In this document: piece by piece, positions 27,261-42,530 of the stretch | Numbering within the stretch: the first letter of the stretch is position 1 | Layout of the letters: each line of letters begins with the position of its first letter | Assembly: GCA_964016885.1 (NCBI GenBank) | Contig: OZ024740.1 | Coordinates: forward strand, 226,176,001 to 226,240,000 | Direction of reading: 5' to 3' | DNA: 64,000 bases | DNA from: Eledone cirrhosa | Lineage: Eukaryota | Translations under genes and position numbers: made by a program | The notes under the pieces: generated by a model | What the model was told of the DNA's origin: nothing | What the model saw: only the letters and a program-made list of their open reading frames with translations | The model's database searches: none

Positions 27261-30200
27261 GTAAATCAAAGTTGACCTTGTAAAGGGACATAACTATATA
27301 CTGCAAAGCATTTTGTCCAATGCTCTACCAATACTGCCAATCCACCACCTTCAATATGGTCATCTGATAACAATCTCTATTCAAACTCTGTATTTTCCTG
27401 TATAAACTACTGACACGGATGTTGGTTGTAAAGATTAAAAACCTAGTATTACCATCAATTTCTTATGACAATAAATAAGATAAAATAGTTGCCCCTATAA
27501 ATGACATTGTCCAAAGTTACATCCAGGTAAATTTGGAATGTATTATACCATAAAAGTAAAATCAAAGAAAACTGATATCACCTTTATGAAAAGCCTCCAT
27601 AGGTTTCTGACCATACTTCATCATGCTTGTAAATCTAATGTCAGGTTTAGCCCCTTCTTGTCTCATTTGACCTTGAATTTAAAGTAGCCACTGTATCCCC
27701 TTAATCTGTGAATATTCTGAAGGGAAAATGATAAAAGATAAAATCACATGTATAGAGAATATCTTTGAATATTGGTAATTAGGATTCTAATTCAACTGTT
27801 ATCTAAAACTCATCAACAATTGCAATATACAATTCAACTTCATAATTTCGGTCTTCAAAGCTAATATTATGGTAGTGATATTCTATGTTGTGATATCTGC
27901 TTAGAACATTCCCTGACTAAGATTAGTTGCTAGCATGACACTGAAGGCTCTTTACTGTTTATATAATAGATTATATGGTATTTAAACATTCTAACATGTC
28001 ATGATTAGCAGTTAGATATGAATTATGGCTAGTTAACATCTTTCTGTGATATAAACCATGTTATGTAACAACAATCTCTTGTATATATATTACTGGATTA
28101 GTAAACATTGATGTTATGAATGAGAAGAACGTTATGTCCAGAGAAGTTACTCACACCCACTAATCCTTATCAAAACCTTACCACTGTGAAGAACCTGGCT
28201 TAATGTTCCAGTTCAGATTATGTTAGACTATATCCTACCCGCTTGGTACTCCATTTTTGTACATTTTTGTTTACTATGGTTGTTTGCATCACTTTCTGTA
28301 TGAATGAGTTGTTAGAACGTTGGATAGAATGCTTTGTGGTATTTATTCCAGCTCTCTGTTCTCTAAGTTCAAATCCTTCAAAGGTCAACTTTGTTTTTCA
28401 TTCTTTCGGGGTCGATAAAAAAAAGTACCAGTCAAGTTGATTCTTCCTCTATAATTCTTTCTCACATCCTCTCTCTCACTTTCTATCCTTCTCTGGAAAG
28501 AAATCATCTGTACTCAGGTCTTGGGAGAGATGGGCTCTATTAGGCTTAAAATGTCCAAGAAACGCCTTTTGGGTATGTCAATATGGTGTCCCTACCATTG
28601 CCTCAAGAGTTACAGGACTTTTCTTCTTTTTCTTCTGTATTAATCAATGATTGCTTAATATTGCTAATTTTGCATGAATTCTTCAGTAAGGTAGTGCCAT
28701 GGTGAGTTTGTTAATTTCATACATTTTTTTTCTTTTCGGATTTAATTAGTGAATATCTTTTATGTGAAGACACCCAGAGTTGGGGATGATACATATGGCT
28801 GGGGGTTGAGGTGAGGCAAGATTTAAAGGTTTAATCTTGTAGAATATCAGTGTATGGCAATCAAGGTAGATCACTATTGAAATCTGTAGTAATTCTCAGG
28901 TTATTTTGATAGATTGATATATATATACATGTACATAAGCAATTATTTGGTCATAACTGGAATGATGGACTGATCAATCCCATGGTATATTCACTCAATA
29001 GTAGACATGCACAATACAATTCTAAGGATCCTGAATTACGGAAGAACTACCATAATGGAGCTATTATCACTACTATCATATTGATGTCTATACAGACACC
29101 AAAAAATAAATAAATGAATAAATAAAATAAAATAATGAATATCATTTGCAAATATAAAACTTTGAATAAAACATGGAAAAAATGTCCATATTAAATGTCA
29201 ATGTAAAAATGAATTACTAAATGAAGAGGAAAAAATATATTCAATTTCAAAGAACAGAGGTACAAATGGAATAAATGGAGAAAACAAGCATCTCATTATT
29301 TGTATGCATACTACCAGTTTTCTCAAGTGTCATAGATAGCTGAGATACGTAGGTTCTTTGATCACTTCACCAACATGTCCACCACAGCAATGGAAATAAA
29401 TGAAATCCATCAACAGCAGGGAAGGTTAGTGTTGAACAAAATGAAAAGCTATTTGATAAGGTTAAAGATTAAAACAAACAAAATTAAAAAAAAAAAACAA
29501 TTTATATTTATTGAGAAAGTGAGTAAAAAGATAAAGAAAATATAAAATGTATAGATGAATTTGAAAGAATCTGAGTGTAGATAAAAGTGAATAGATAAAA
29601 CTGATGTGAAACAATGAGAATCAGCAAAATAAATTGATAATTTTTCTTCAAAAATATTTTCTAGGATATATGAGGAAATTATTTAAGAATTGATTAAATG
29701 ACACACTAAAACGAGACTTTCTTTTCAATAAAAGATAGTGACAAATTATTTTGTTTTTGCTATTTATTAAGAATATTTTGCTAAATAGCTTTTAGTATTT
29801 TCATTTAAGTATGAATTTATTTCCTATTTCTACTCTTTGTGTAAGGATTCTTCACCAAAAACACAGAAATGTATGCAATCAATTTGTAATTGTTTTATGT
29901 GTAGCATTTTAACAATTTGTCTTTTACTGTTTGGCCAAATATTCATTTTGTCTTGGTTTTGTTTGTTTGTTTGTTTTTCATTACCATTTATTTCAATGAT
30001 TACTTTCCAGCACATAAGCAGAGCATTCCCCTTTAATGAATACACAATATCATTTTTAATGACAATAAAACTTTAAGCATTTGGAAAATATTTTAGCAAT
30101 TTTAATATTGATAATTTTTTAATGTATAAAACAGAAGCGAAATAAATTAAATTATTTTAAAAGCATCTAAATTAAAATTTTTAGTCATTATTAAGGTAAC

Positions 30201-30337
30201 ATTTCATTTTCAATTTCAATTTTGAATCTGAAGCATTTATTTTCCCATGACACAGCCATGTTCAGTATTTGTCATATTGGCCCTCTGGCTGCTAAGATAT
30301 TCAATGCCAAGATAATTCACACTAATTTTATTTTCAA

Positions 30338-30407
<70 letters not shown>

Positions 30408-31797
30408 CTTTTTTTACTATTTTTCAATTAGTCAGCTGAATATTATAAAATGTTGACTGATATATTGAAATATTAAGTACCTCGAAGGAATTGGATACAT
30501 AATATACATTCAAAATGATCAACAAGTAGCAACAAAACATATTCAAAACTTCATTCAAAAGGAATCCATTAAGTTTGTTTGTTGCCCTTTGTTTTTGTTT
30601 TCTAAGAAAGAGTTGGATCAATATTTGCTAAATTATTTGTTTCGTTTATCATAAAATAAAGTTCACAAAAATGTTCCCCCCCACACTCACACACATGCAT
30701 ACAAAAATATTTCAGTTATGTTTTTAATCTAAAACTATATTAGTAGTTTATTATAGTTTTTATTAATGATGAAAATGACAGATTTATCTTCATTTAAAGT
30801 ATATGTGCATACTCTAGACTCTAGAGAATAATACATAGAAGTAGATTTGTGTATTTTTATATTCTTGTTATAGTTGCAGTAGATAAGAAAATTTGTAGAA
30901 AAACATGGGCCTGTGTTCAACAGCTAAGCAAACTCAATGTTCTTCCCGCATGTTCTTCCTAAATTTAAACTCACAACATATGAACATGATGAATTGGTAG
31001 AATTATAAAAGTTATTTGTCATAAATACCTTGTAATAATTAGTTATCACTCTTTTGATGAAATCCTGCTGAGGTAAATTTTAGTTTTCATCCATCCTTTC
31101 AGTGCTTATATAAAGATTTAAGCATTTGGTACCATTTAAGCAAGATGTGGTTCTCTGATCAGTCTAAATCTCTGATCTCTCTAATTCTCTGATCTGTCTA
31201 AATTTTACCAGTATGGAAAGTAAAGATAAAATGATGATAAGGATACACACACACACACACACACACACATATGAATGTATATATATCCTTACTTAATCAT
31301 TTCTGATTTAGGCACAAGGCCAACAATTTGGGCACAGGGGAAAGGTGATTAAATCAACCCCATAAAGATGAAAGGCAAAACTAACCTTCACAGGATTTGA
31401 AATCAGAATGTAAAAGTTCATCATTCTATGCCACAAAGCATGGTGTCCGATGCCCTGCTGATACTGCCAATGTGATGCCCTTAAATCCTTATTTAATTAA
31501 AAGTATTTTACTTTTTTTGTTTGAGCAATTTTCCATTTGCCATCTTTACAATCTAGTGTCACTTTGTTCTTGCTTCAATAGTTATTGACATCAAATCTAC
31601 CTACATTGATCACACAAACGTCCATATTGAGTACAGAATTTGTGTCACAAGTGGTCATGAAGGATATATAAATTTCAATTAATTCTAACTATTTATATAA
31701 ACATATATATATAGGTATTTTTAATCCTTTCATCATTTTTAATGTACATAAATATTGATTAATATATTTGTTATATATATATATATATATACATATT

Positions 31798-31839
<42 letters not shown>

Positions 31840-31912
31840 TATGTATATATATATATACACACATATATATACACACATATATATATACACAAACACACTT
31901 ATATATATATAA

Positions 31913-31954
<42 letters not shown>

Positions 31955-32286
31955 GTGTGTGTGTGTATGTATGTATATTGCTGTTCAGTCCGAGCAGTGC
32001 AGTAACATTACAGTTGCAAAACTTGCATTAAGCAATTACAAATGTGTTCAATAACCCATTTCATTTTAGTTTTCTTTCAAAATATTATACTGAAGTTCAA
32101 TTAATATTTATTTCTAATACAGAATATATCATTATTTATATGTTTAATAAATATTTCAGGTAAGTTTAATGACGCACAAGTAATTACATGCAGGTATCAA
32201 TCTTATATATATATATAGTTATATAGTTATATCTGTATACATATATATATAGTTATACCTGTATTCATTATTATACATATATATAT

Positions 32287-35200
32287 CCGTGAGTTAACAA
32301 GCACCCAAGCGAAGTTTTAATTCAGAGACAGGAAGCATACATACACCCTTGCAAAAATTTACCCCTTCCCACAAATGCCCAAAACTCCAAGTTGAAACCA
32401 TCATTGTAAGCATAATGAAAGGAAGAGCAGGAGAAATCGTAGAGGTGGTAGAGCGAAAGGAAATTGATGTGTGCTGTGTGCAAGAGACTAAAAGGAGAGG
32501 AGAGTCTGCTAGAGTCCTTGTAGGAAAAAGTCAATACTACAAATTTTTCTGGGTGGGAAATGACAATGGGATGGGTGGTGTAGGTATCCTACTAGCTGAC
32601 AAGTGGGTAGATAAGGTAATCTCAGTGAACAGGGTGAATGCAAGAATCATTAAACTCAGACTAGTCCTGAATGAAACAATTAACACAATAATATCAGCTT
32701 ATGCACCCCAATCGGGGTTGCCAGACAAAATTAAGGATAGGTTTTACGAGTCCCTAAAGCACACTACTGCTCTAACAAATGACAATGACTTCCTAATCAT
32801 TGCAGGAGATTTTAATGGACACGTAGGTAAACACTGTGATGGTTTCTATAGAGTCCATGGCGGCTACGGGTTTGGCACAAGAAATGAAGAAGGCTTCAGG
32901 CCTCTAGAATTCTGTGCCGCCAATGACATGTCAATATGTAACACAAACTTGAAAAAACCCGACAACCATCTGATCACCTATAGATCAGGGGAGCATTCTA
33001 GTCAGATAGATTTTATCCTCATCAGAGGACGTGACAGATGGACGGTCGTAAACACAAAAGCCTTCCCAGGTGAGGAATGTACCCCCCAACATAACTTAAT
33101 TGTCAGCGACCTCATTGTCAAAACTAGAGAACTTGGAAACAGAAGCCATCCTGGGGTAGAAAGATCTGGAAGCTGAAAGACCCCTCAGCCAGTAACAGAT
33201 TTAAAGATATTTTACTCGACGCCTATGACAATACAGAAGAACAGATAGAGACATTCAATGTAGAAGAGCTCTGGGAGTTCCTAAAAAATAACTTACAAAA
33301 GGCGATCGATGAGATCTGTGTTTGGAGTAAGACCACAGGGAGGAGGAGAGTGATTTGGTGGTGGAACAATAAGGTAGATGAGGCAATTAAGGCTAAGATA
33401 CAGGCATGGAAAGAATGGAAGAACGGGGGAAGCAGGGTACATTACATAGAGACCAGGAGGGAAGGTAGGCGACAAGTATACTTAGCTAGGAGGGAAGCAG
33501 GGGATAGAAAATTCAAGCATGTTTTGCAATGTGAGGACCAGAAACAGGAGGGGTTCAAGATTGCGAGGTAGTGTGTCAGAGAGAATTGTGATGTCAGTGG
33601 AGAGAAGTGTATCTGGAATGATAAAGGTGAGCTTGCCCTCACAAGTGCGGAGAAGAAAGATGCATGGAAGAGCCATTATGAAAGATTACTAAATGAGGAG
33701 AATGCATGGGAAGAAGAGATCCTACCGCAAGTAGACCCTATAGAGGGGCCAGAAGTACAAGTCAGCGGCAGCGTAGTAAGTAAGGCAATCAAAGATATGA
33801 AGATGGGGAAGGCAACCGGTTCATCGGGTATAGCTGCCGAGATGCTGAAGGCATCTGGGTCAATAGGTCACACTATAACCACACGTATTGTTAACCAGGT
33901 AATACTAGGTGTTATACCAAAGGATTGGTGCAGCAGCATCATTGTCAACTGCTACAAGGGTAAAGGTGATGCACTAGATAGAGGAAACTATAGAGGTATA
34001 AAGCTGATGGACCAGGTCATGAAAGTAACAGAAAGAGTTATAGCACAGTTGATTAGGGACCGGGTGAAAATAGATGAGATGCAATTTATGTTTGTACCAG
34101 GAAAAGGCACCACTGATGCCCTCTTCCTTGTGAGGCAGTTACAGGAAAAGTACCTAGCTAAAAGTAAGCCACTCTACCTGGCATTCGTCGATCTGGAAAA
34201 AACCTTCGACAGAGTCCCCCTGTGCTATAATCTGGTGGGCTCTTAGAAAATTAGGAGTAGATGAATGTCTTGTGAAAGCTGTACAAGCCATGTAGAGAGG
34301 AGCAGTCAGCAAAGTTAGGATTATCAATGACTATAGCGAGGAATTTAGCATTCAGGTTGGTGTCCCTCCAGACTCTGTTCGTAGCCCTCTCCTGTTCATT
34401 ATAGCTTTGCAGGCAATAATGGAGGAGTTTAAGACCGGATGCCCATGGGACCTCCTGTATGCAGATGACCTCACACAAGCTGAATCTATGGTAGAACTAG
34501 AGAAGAAATTCCAAACCTGGAAGCAGGGACTAGAAATAAGGGGTCTCAAAGTCAACCTGACAAAGACTAATGTCCTTGTAAGTAGACGAGCAAACAGAAC
34601 CCAGATCCCCTCAAGGAAATGGCCTTGCTCAGTAAGTAGGAAAGGTGTAGGTAGGAACTCCATCCTCTGCCCCAAATGCAAACCATGGGTACACAAGAGA
34701 TGTAGTGCGATCTCAGGAAGCTTAACTAAGAATGTAGGCTCCACGTGTAACAACTGCGCTGGGACAGCAAGCAGCAAATGACCACAGGAAACAAGCACCA
34801 CCAAACTCTGGGAGGGCTGTGTAGAAACAGTAGACAGCTTCTGCTACCTAGGTGTCCGAATTAGCAGCAGAGGTGGGTGTTCGGAAAGTACAATAACTAG
34901 AATAAGAATGGGATGGAAGAAGTTCAGGGAGTTACTGCCACAGCTAGCTGCAAAAGATTTTTCCCTCAAAAAGAAGGGCAGATTATATGATGCATGTATA
35001 CGAACAGCAATGTTACATGGTAGTGAGACTTGGGCAATGTCTGTAGAAGACTTGCGAAGATTAGAAAGAAACGAAGCCTGCATGCTCCGATGGATGTGTA
35101 ATAGTAATATACGCGAACGGCAAAGCATAAACGAATTGAGAGAGAAACTGAGCATAAGAGGAATCAAATACTGTGTGCAGGAGAGGAGGTTGCGTTGGTA

Positions 35201-35723
35201 TGGACATGTGATGCGTATGAAGGATGACAGCTGCATAAAAAGGTGCAGAGCACTAGAAGTCGATGGAAGCCTTGGAGTAGGGAGACCCAAGAAGACCTGG
35301 GATGAGGTGATAAAGCCGACCTTAACCAATTACACCTCTCAAAGGCGATGACACACGACCGTGACCTCTGGCGTCATGCTGTAATACAGAAGACCCGACC
35401 CCCCACGGCTACTAGCCAAAGCTGAAGCATATAGACAATATGCCCCCACCCTCTCCCACTGCAAAATGGTCGTGGAGGAGCACGGCAAAAAAGCACCCAG
35501 CCCACACTAAAGTGGACATGTAGGAGCCAACGTTAAAAAAGCAGCCAGCACTCACTGTAAATGAGGTTGGTGTTAGGAAGGGCATCCAGCTGTAGAAATC
35601 AAGCCAGAATCAGTTCCCGTATGAGCAAGACATGGTCAGCCGACCGGCTACTGCCCACAACAGGACAACCCGTCTAACCCATGCTAGCGTGGAAGAACGG
35701 ACGTAAAACGGTGATGATGATGA
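32287..35723 (+). mobile_element. Near full-length decayed RTE-clade LINE (APE + RT + Cys/His finger)
   Basis: VQET, SAYAP, AGDFNGH, SQIDFIL; RT NYRGI, FVDLEK, LYADD; broken by stops and frameshifts; 3' UTR ends in (GAT)n. Confidence 0.92.
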
Positions 35724-36076
35724 AATATATATAAATATAGAGGATAAAAAAGAAAACACAGGTAAGCATTAAAAAAAGGATCTTATCCAGGTATTTACGA
35801 CCGTTTCATTGGTAAGTGCAACCTTATATTGCTATACTGCAAATAGCAGCCACTCAATGATAATAGTTGTTCACGTCCAAATTATCAAAATAGTGAGTAA
35901 GTTACTCTTAACAAGTTCTTAATATATAGAGAAAAACATTTTTGGGAATTGTATTTGCTAGTATAGAGAGAGAGGAAGAGGAATTAGAAGGTGGAAGGAC
36001 AAAGGGAGTAGTATAGAGAGAGAGGAAGGGGGAGAAGAATTAGGAACTGGATTACAATAAGCAATTTTCTGCTTCC

Positions 36077-36114
<38 letters not shown>

Positions 36115-36255
36115 CTAAAACTGAATACTAACCAATACTTATTAATAATTTTTACTTATTCGTAATTAAACTATTTTTCACAGGGAACAATTTGTCAGCA
36201 TTTTCTTTTCCTTTTACCAATATATCACAACTCGTGTGTTATACCTCTATTCTTT

Positions 36256-36789
<534 letters not shown>

Positions 36790-37625
36790 TACAAACATAA
36801 ATTATCGAGATTCGCATTTCGGCCCACGAAATAACGAAAAACAACCTCCGAGATGTGTGGAAAGTGCTCAATGATTCAGATGAACCAGAGCTATAACAAA
36901 CGTTAAAGGCCAAACACACTGAGACGATGGTTAAACAATCATTCGCATAGCCAAAAAAACGATCAAGTAATTCGGGTATTGAAAAATTTACCCGGACTCT
37001 TGGAAGGTTGGTAAAATCCAGTATTTGGGTTTCTGCGGCTCCTAAATCAAGTACCGTCCGCTTACATATCAGGCTTCTGGTAAGATGATTGTTCAAGGAA
37101 GCCACTTTCTCAACAGGTTTTAGTTCAATGTTAATACATGGACTGATTATTGCTGACTCCACGTGGGGATCGGCAAGGGAGGCAGCCCCTATATCAGGCG
37201 AATAAATTCAGTTGTGTATATTTTTGCAAGAATGCACAAACATCACAAATCGAATAGAGTTCTCAACAGAAGGGTTAAAAATAACATAAGCTATTCATCA
37301 GTCAATAGAATCAACTAAAAAATCAAGAAAATTAACTGGTGAATAGCTAGAGTGTGGAGATAAATACAAACATAAATTATCGAGATTCGCATTTCGGCCC
37401 ACGAAATAACGAAAAGCAACCTCCGAGATGTGTGGCAAGTGCTCAATGATTCAGATGAACCAGAGCTATAACAAATGTTAAAGGCAAAACACACTGAGAC
37501 GATGGTTAAACAATCATTCGCATAGCCCCAAAAACGATCAAGTAATTTGGGTATTGAATAATTTACCCGGACTCTTGGAAGGTTGGTAAAATCCAGTATT
37601 TGGGTTTCTGCGGCTCCTAAATCAA
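36790..37625. repeat. Partial tandem repeat, 575-bp period (about 1.45 copies), between TA tracts
   Basis: 36790-37049 recurs at 37365-37625 with a few substitutions. Confidence 0.85.
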
Positions 37626-37733
37626 TATATATATATATATATATATATGTAGAAGTTCTATTTAAATTGTTGGGATACAACAAGCAAATATTTTTATAAT
37701 TGATATAAAGCACTCAACAAATTATTGGAGTAA

Positions 37734-37984
37734 AAATACGATATATTAACAAATGGAAACTATATTTATAAAACCATATGTATTTCATTATACATATTTC
37801 AAGGACACCAACAGAAATGGTCGCATTCTTTAAGGGTATGTCAATATTTATTTATAAAACTGCTCTATATTATATTTTATCTGATGAAAGCACACCATAA
37901 TTTAACTTGGTGTCCTTGAAATATGTATAATGAAATAAATATGGTTTTATAAATATAGTTTCCATTTGTTAATATATCGTATTT
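37734..37984 (+). mobile_element. Fold-back element (78-bp arms) with a hammerhead, abutting (TA)n
   Basis: 37734-37811 is the near-perfect reverse complement of 37907-37984. Confidence 0.8.
37873..37937 (+). ncRNA. Minimal type I hammerhead ribozyme
   Basis: TATTTTAT-CTGATGA-stem II (aag.acacca..tggtgt.ctt)-GAAA-TATGTA-TA|ATGAAATA; 8-bp stem I; predicted cleavage after 37929. Confidence 0.75.
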
Positions 37985-37986
37985 AT

Positions 37987-38041
<55 letters not shown>

Positions 38042-38136
38042 TATACATACATATATATACATATATATATATATATACATATATATACATACATATATAT
38101 ACATATATATATATACATATATATATATACATATAT

Positions 38137-38183
<47 letters not shown>

Positions 38184-38320
38184 TATACATACATATATAT
38201 ACATATATATATATACATATATATATATACATATATATACATATATACATATATATATATACATATATATATATATACATATATATATATACATATATAT
38301 ATATATACATATATATATAC

Positions 38321-38351
<31 letters not shown>

Positions 38352-38374
38352 CATATATACATATATATATATAC

Positions 38375-38506
<132 letters not shown>

Positions 38507-39449
38507 AGATAAATCTACCAAAATATACGGTAGTGTCCAATCCGTATGAAAAACTCAATGTAATCCAAATATCATGAAAAGAAAAGATGTATTCAAAATT
38601 TTTTCGATGAAAATCACAGGAAAACAGAGTCAAGATAAATTAATAAAAACAATGAATAAAAACAAAGAAACAGTTCCTTATATTAAAAAATTCATCATTT
38701 TACGATCGTTTCTAGGATATATATGTGTGTGTTGGTATGTATATCATATAGATCTATGTAAAAATGTTACAAACTATCAGAGGGAATATACATACCTTCA
38801 CATATATATGCTCTCGCCGATTGGCGCCCAACAGACTGGTCGGTCAAGGTGATCAAGGTGATATATATATATAATTATACAATTTGCTCCATCATGACCC
38901 TGCCACATTCTTGATACCTCTTTCCTGTTCAACCCATGCATGCAAAGCCTGACATTCTCGACAATATACTACCTAGCACAACTCACTCTCTTCAAGGTGC
39001 TAGTGCCACAACAAAATGCACAGTCCTTCCTGTAAGGTATTTCTGCTAGTTCCAGAACAAAAAGCACCTCGTCCACCCTGTATAGGAGGCCAGTAAGTGT
39101 TTAGAGATAACGTAGATGGAAACATATTTTGCTTTTGGGAGACAATTTTCACAATGTTTCACGCTTCCTATTTACACCAGTTGCTGTCGGATGCCATACA
39201 GCTGGCCTCCTCCATAGAATTGAAATTACAGCAGTCTGTCCGAGGAAGGAGCCCCGTGAGGTGGGGTGGATTTTGTTATGTTACGCCCCTTTACATTCCA
39301 TGCTTTCCAGCATAGTTACGTCCCTTTACGATCTGAGTTCAACTGCCGCCGAGGTTGACTTTGCCTTTCATCGAGTATTGGAGTCGATAAAATAAAGTAC
39401 CAGTAATGTACTGGTTAATTGCTGGCCTTGTGCCTAAAGTAGAAACAAT

Positions 39450-39500
<51 letters not shown>

Positions 39501-39959
39501 ATATATTATTAATATTCTAAAAACTCAGATTACATTTATTGTATTCAACCATGTAGAGTGATAAAACTATTTGCTAATTATTTGAATATGTCAAAGCCAG
39601 CCATTAATCGCTCTCATACATGAAACTAACTGGTCTATCTGTTGATATTCAAATCTGGCTGATTAGTGGGTCTGCTAATATACAGATCTGACTGATCAGG
39701 CAGTCTACTAATATGCAATCAGGCCGATCAATGACTGTATATTTCAGAAAATATCATGTATTTTTACTAGCTCTGACAGTTGGCAGGTAGGCAGTATACG
39801 GTCCTGATAAAGGGTAATCATCCAGAACCATTAGAGTCTTCAGTTCTGTTTACATGCCAACACAAGAACAAGAATTACAGAGTCATTCTACTGACATGGA
39901 TTAAAGAGGCTGTTTGCATAATTGCAAACAAATCGAATATTATTTTATTAATATAATAG

Positions 39960-40142
39960 ATTGGCAGTATCGATAGAGGGTCGGACACCATGCTTTACAG
40001 CAAAGAGTTACGTCCCTTTAGGGTCTGAGTTCAAATCCCGCCGAGGTTAACTTTGCCTTTCATCCTTACGAGGTAGATAAAATAAAGTACCAGTAATGTA
40101 CTGGGTATTTGCTGGCCTTGTGCCAAAAGTAGAAACAATTAT
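39960..40142 (+). mobile_element. Nin-domain SINE
   Basis: Same family as 7296-7482; a partial copy also lies at about 39300-39450. Confidence 0.8.
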
Positions 40143-40234
40143 TAATATTCGAAAAACTCAGATTACATTTATTGTATTCAGTCATGTAGAACTATAAAAC
40201 TATTTGTTAGTTATATAAATATATATATATATAT

Positions 40235-41035
40235 CATCATCGTTTAACGTCCATCTTCCACGCTTGCATGGGTTTGTACGGGAGTTTTCCCACCTGAGGC
40301 AAGATTGGTTGTCCTGCTCGTATAGGACTGTCTGGCGGGTTTTCTACGGCTGGATGCCCTTCCTAACACCAACCACGTTTACAGTGTGGACTGGGAGGTT
40401 TTTACCGTGTTACCTACACGGCCACATTACAGCGTGGACTGTGTGTTTTTTTGTCGTGACACCTACACGACCGCATTTGTTTTGGACTGGATGTCGTGGT
40501 ACCAACATAACTTCACATTGAAGAGGTGGTGTGGATGAGGTGAGGGTAGTGGGACAGGGGTGTATTTTTGTTAGAGGTGCTAAACTCTTTTATGCTAAAC
40601 TCTTCATTATATTCATTGTTAATTCTAACCTTGCTGACTGTTTCTTTATACATGGCTTGTATAGCTCTCACAAGCCATTCATCAACACCTAGTTTTCTAA
40701 GAGCCCACCAGATAATGGAGCGGGGGATTGTGTCAAAGGCTTTCTCCAAGTCAACAAAGGCTAAGTATAGGGGTTTACTTTTAGCTAGGTACTTCTCCTG
40801 TAGTTGTCGCACAATGAAAAGAGCGTCTGTGGTACTTTTACCTGACACAAACCCGAACTGCATTTCATCTAGATCAATTCGCTCTCTGATTAGTTGCGCT
40901 ATTGCTTTTTCTGTGACCTTCATGACCTGGTCGATTAAATTAATGCCTCTATAGTTACCCCTATCTAGGGCATCTCCTTTACCCTTGTAGCAGTTAATGA
41001 TGATGCTGTTACGCCAGTCCTTCGGAATGGCCCCA
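40235..41035 (-). mobile_element. Internally deleted RTE LINE fragment (RT piece joined to 3' UTR)
   Basis: 40580-41035 matches about 50935-51385; 40235-40580 matches about 52475-52820. Confidence 0.85.
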
Positions 41036-42245
41036 TTTTTATATATATAATATATAATATATAGGGAATGCATTAACTGGGATAACTACAAATAAGAAAG
41101 GAATTCAATGCATGATGAAATACATGAAAATGCATTTAAAAATATCTATAATTTAATGTTGTTGAAGGGACCTAGGTTGTTACGTCCCAATCAGAAAACT
41201 ATTTTCTATATTCCTGTCTATCATTGTAATGAAGTATGTACTGTAGATGGAATAATTATGAAAGCCAATAATCAGTTTACACTGAAAATATACTTTGAAA
41301 TTAGACTTGAATGTCAACTAACTGTATTCCATTACCACCATAAAATATTAATTAAAATGAGCACTCAGGCAATTCTTGATCTAGAGTTCACAATATAATT
41401 TCCATTTTCTTACATAATTTAATATTTTGAACCCACCGACCCTGTATTCAGTTTACAATGATGTTTCACCATATTCGGCCAGCCTGGCATTCCATTCTTC
41501 TATGTTCTTTTTACTACTGTTATTGAAACTGCTTTCTGCATGAATCAGTGATTGTCTTACATTATTGCTTTAACCTGAGTTCTTTGGGAAGGCATTGCTG
41601 TCAAGTTTGTACATTCATTATCAGTTTTTTGTCATTTTGGAGGTTAATTGACGAATATTATTTTTGCAGTGATTTTCATGTGGACACTCATGTTTGGGGA
41701 CTGCACACATGGTAAAGTGCTAAAGTTCAAAGGTTTAAATCTTAGATGCTTTATATTGCTACACATTCTGAAATTACATGACAGCGATGCTATATCTGTT
41801 GGTAGTTATTATCATATGAGGAATTCAGTTGTCAAGGATTGAAGTAGTTTTATGAGTTACAGGTTCAATTACTTCTGGAATTCTACTGAATTCATAGGAG
41901 CTATATTTAAACAAATAAAGTAAAATGGATATTACTCCTGTCTTAGAAAGAGACATACAGTTTTATGATGTTCATTCCAATCAGAATAAGAAATGTCTGA
42001 AGTGACAAGATAATCTAACCCAGTTGTTACCAGACATATTTTGTAACAGAACCCTAATTCAATTTACAAAAAAAGCACAAAACCTACCCATAATTTCACC
42101 AAGATATTAAATGAAACAAAGACAGTTAGGGTGAGAATAAACAAACAAACACACACAAAACATACACACCACACACACCCACATATATTTACATACATAT
42201 ACATATATATACATATACATACATATATATATATATATTTATATG

Positions 42246-42306
<61 letters not shown>

Positions 42307-42311
<5 letters not shown>

Positions 42312-42490
42312 AAAATGTATGACCCCGACGGCAGACCTCAAGCCGTTTCAACGGCTATTTCTGGAATAGCCGTCGAAACGGTTTGAGCTCTGCCGTCGGG
42401 GTCATACATTTTCCTATTACCCACTCTACTACCCTAAGTATTGAGTACTCTGGTGCGTTATGTTCCATCTGGTTCCTTACCACAACTCCT
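42307..42490 (+). mobile_element. Near-perfect 111-nt fold-back plus tail between TA tracts
   Basis: ataggaaaatgtatgaccccgacggcag..ctgccgtcggggtcatacattttcctat; tail related to 655-735. Confidence 0.75.
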
Positions 42491-42494
42491 TTGT

Positions 42495-42530
<36 letters not shown>

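Noticed and set aside
29351-29430. Possible short exon MSTTAMEINEIHQQQG|gttagt
   Set aside because: Weak acceptor and no supporting gene structure
32150-32166. tttcag|gtaagt recursive-splice-like motif
   Set aside because: Single short motif, poor pyrimidine tract, no evidence of a host transcript
39795-39845. cctgataaaggg..tccagaaccatta hammerhead-like text
   Set aside because: Both conserved boxes are mutated; at most a relic
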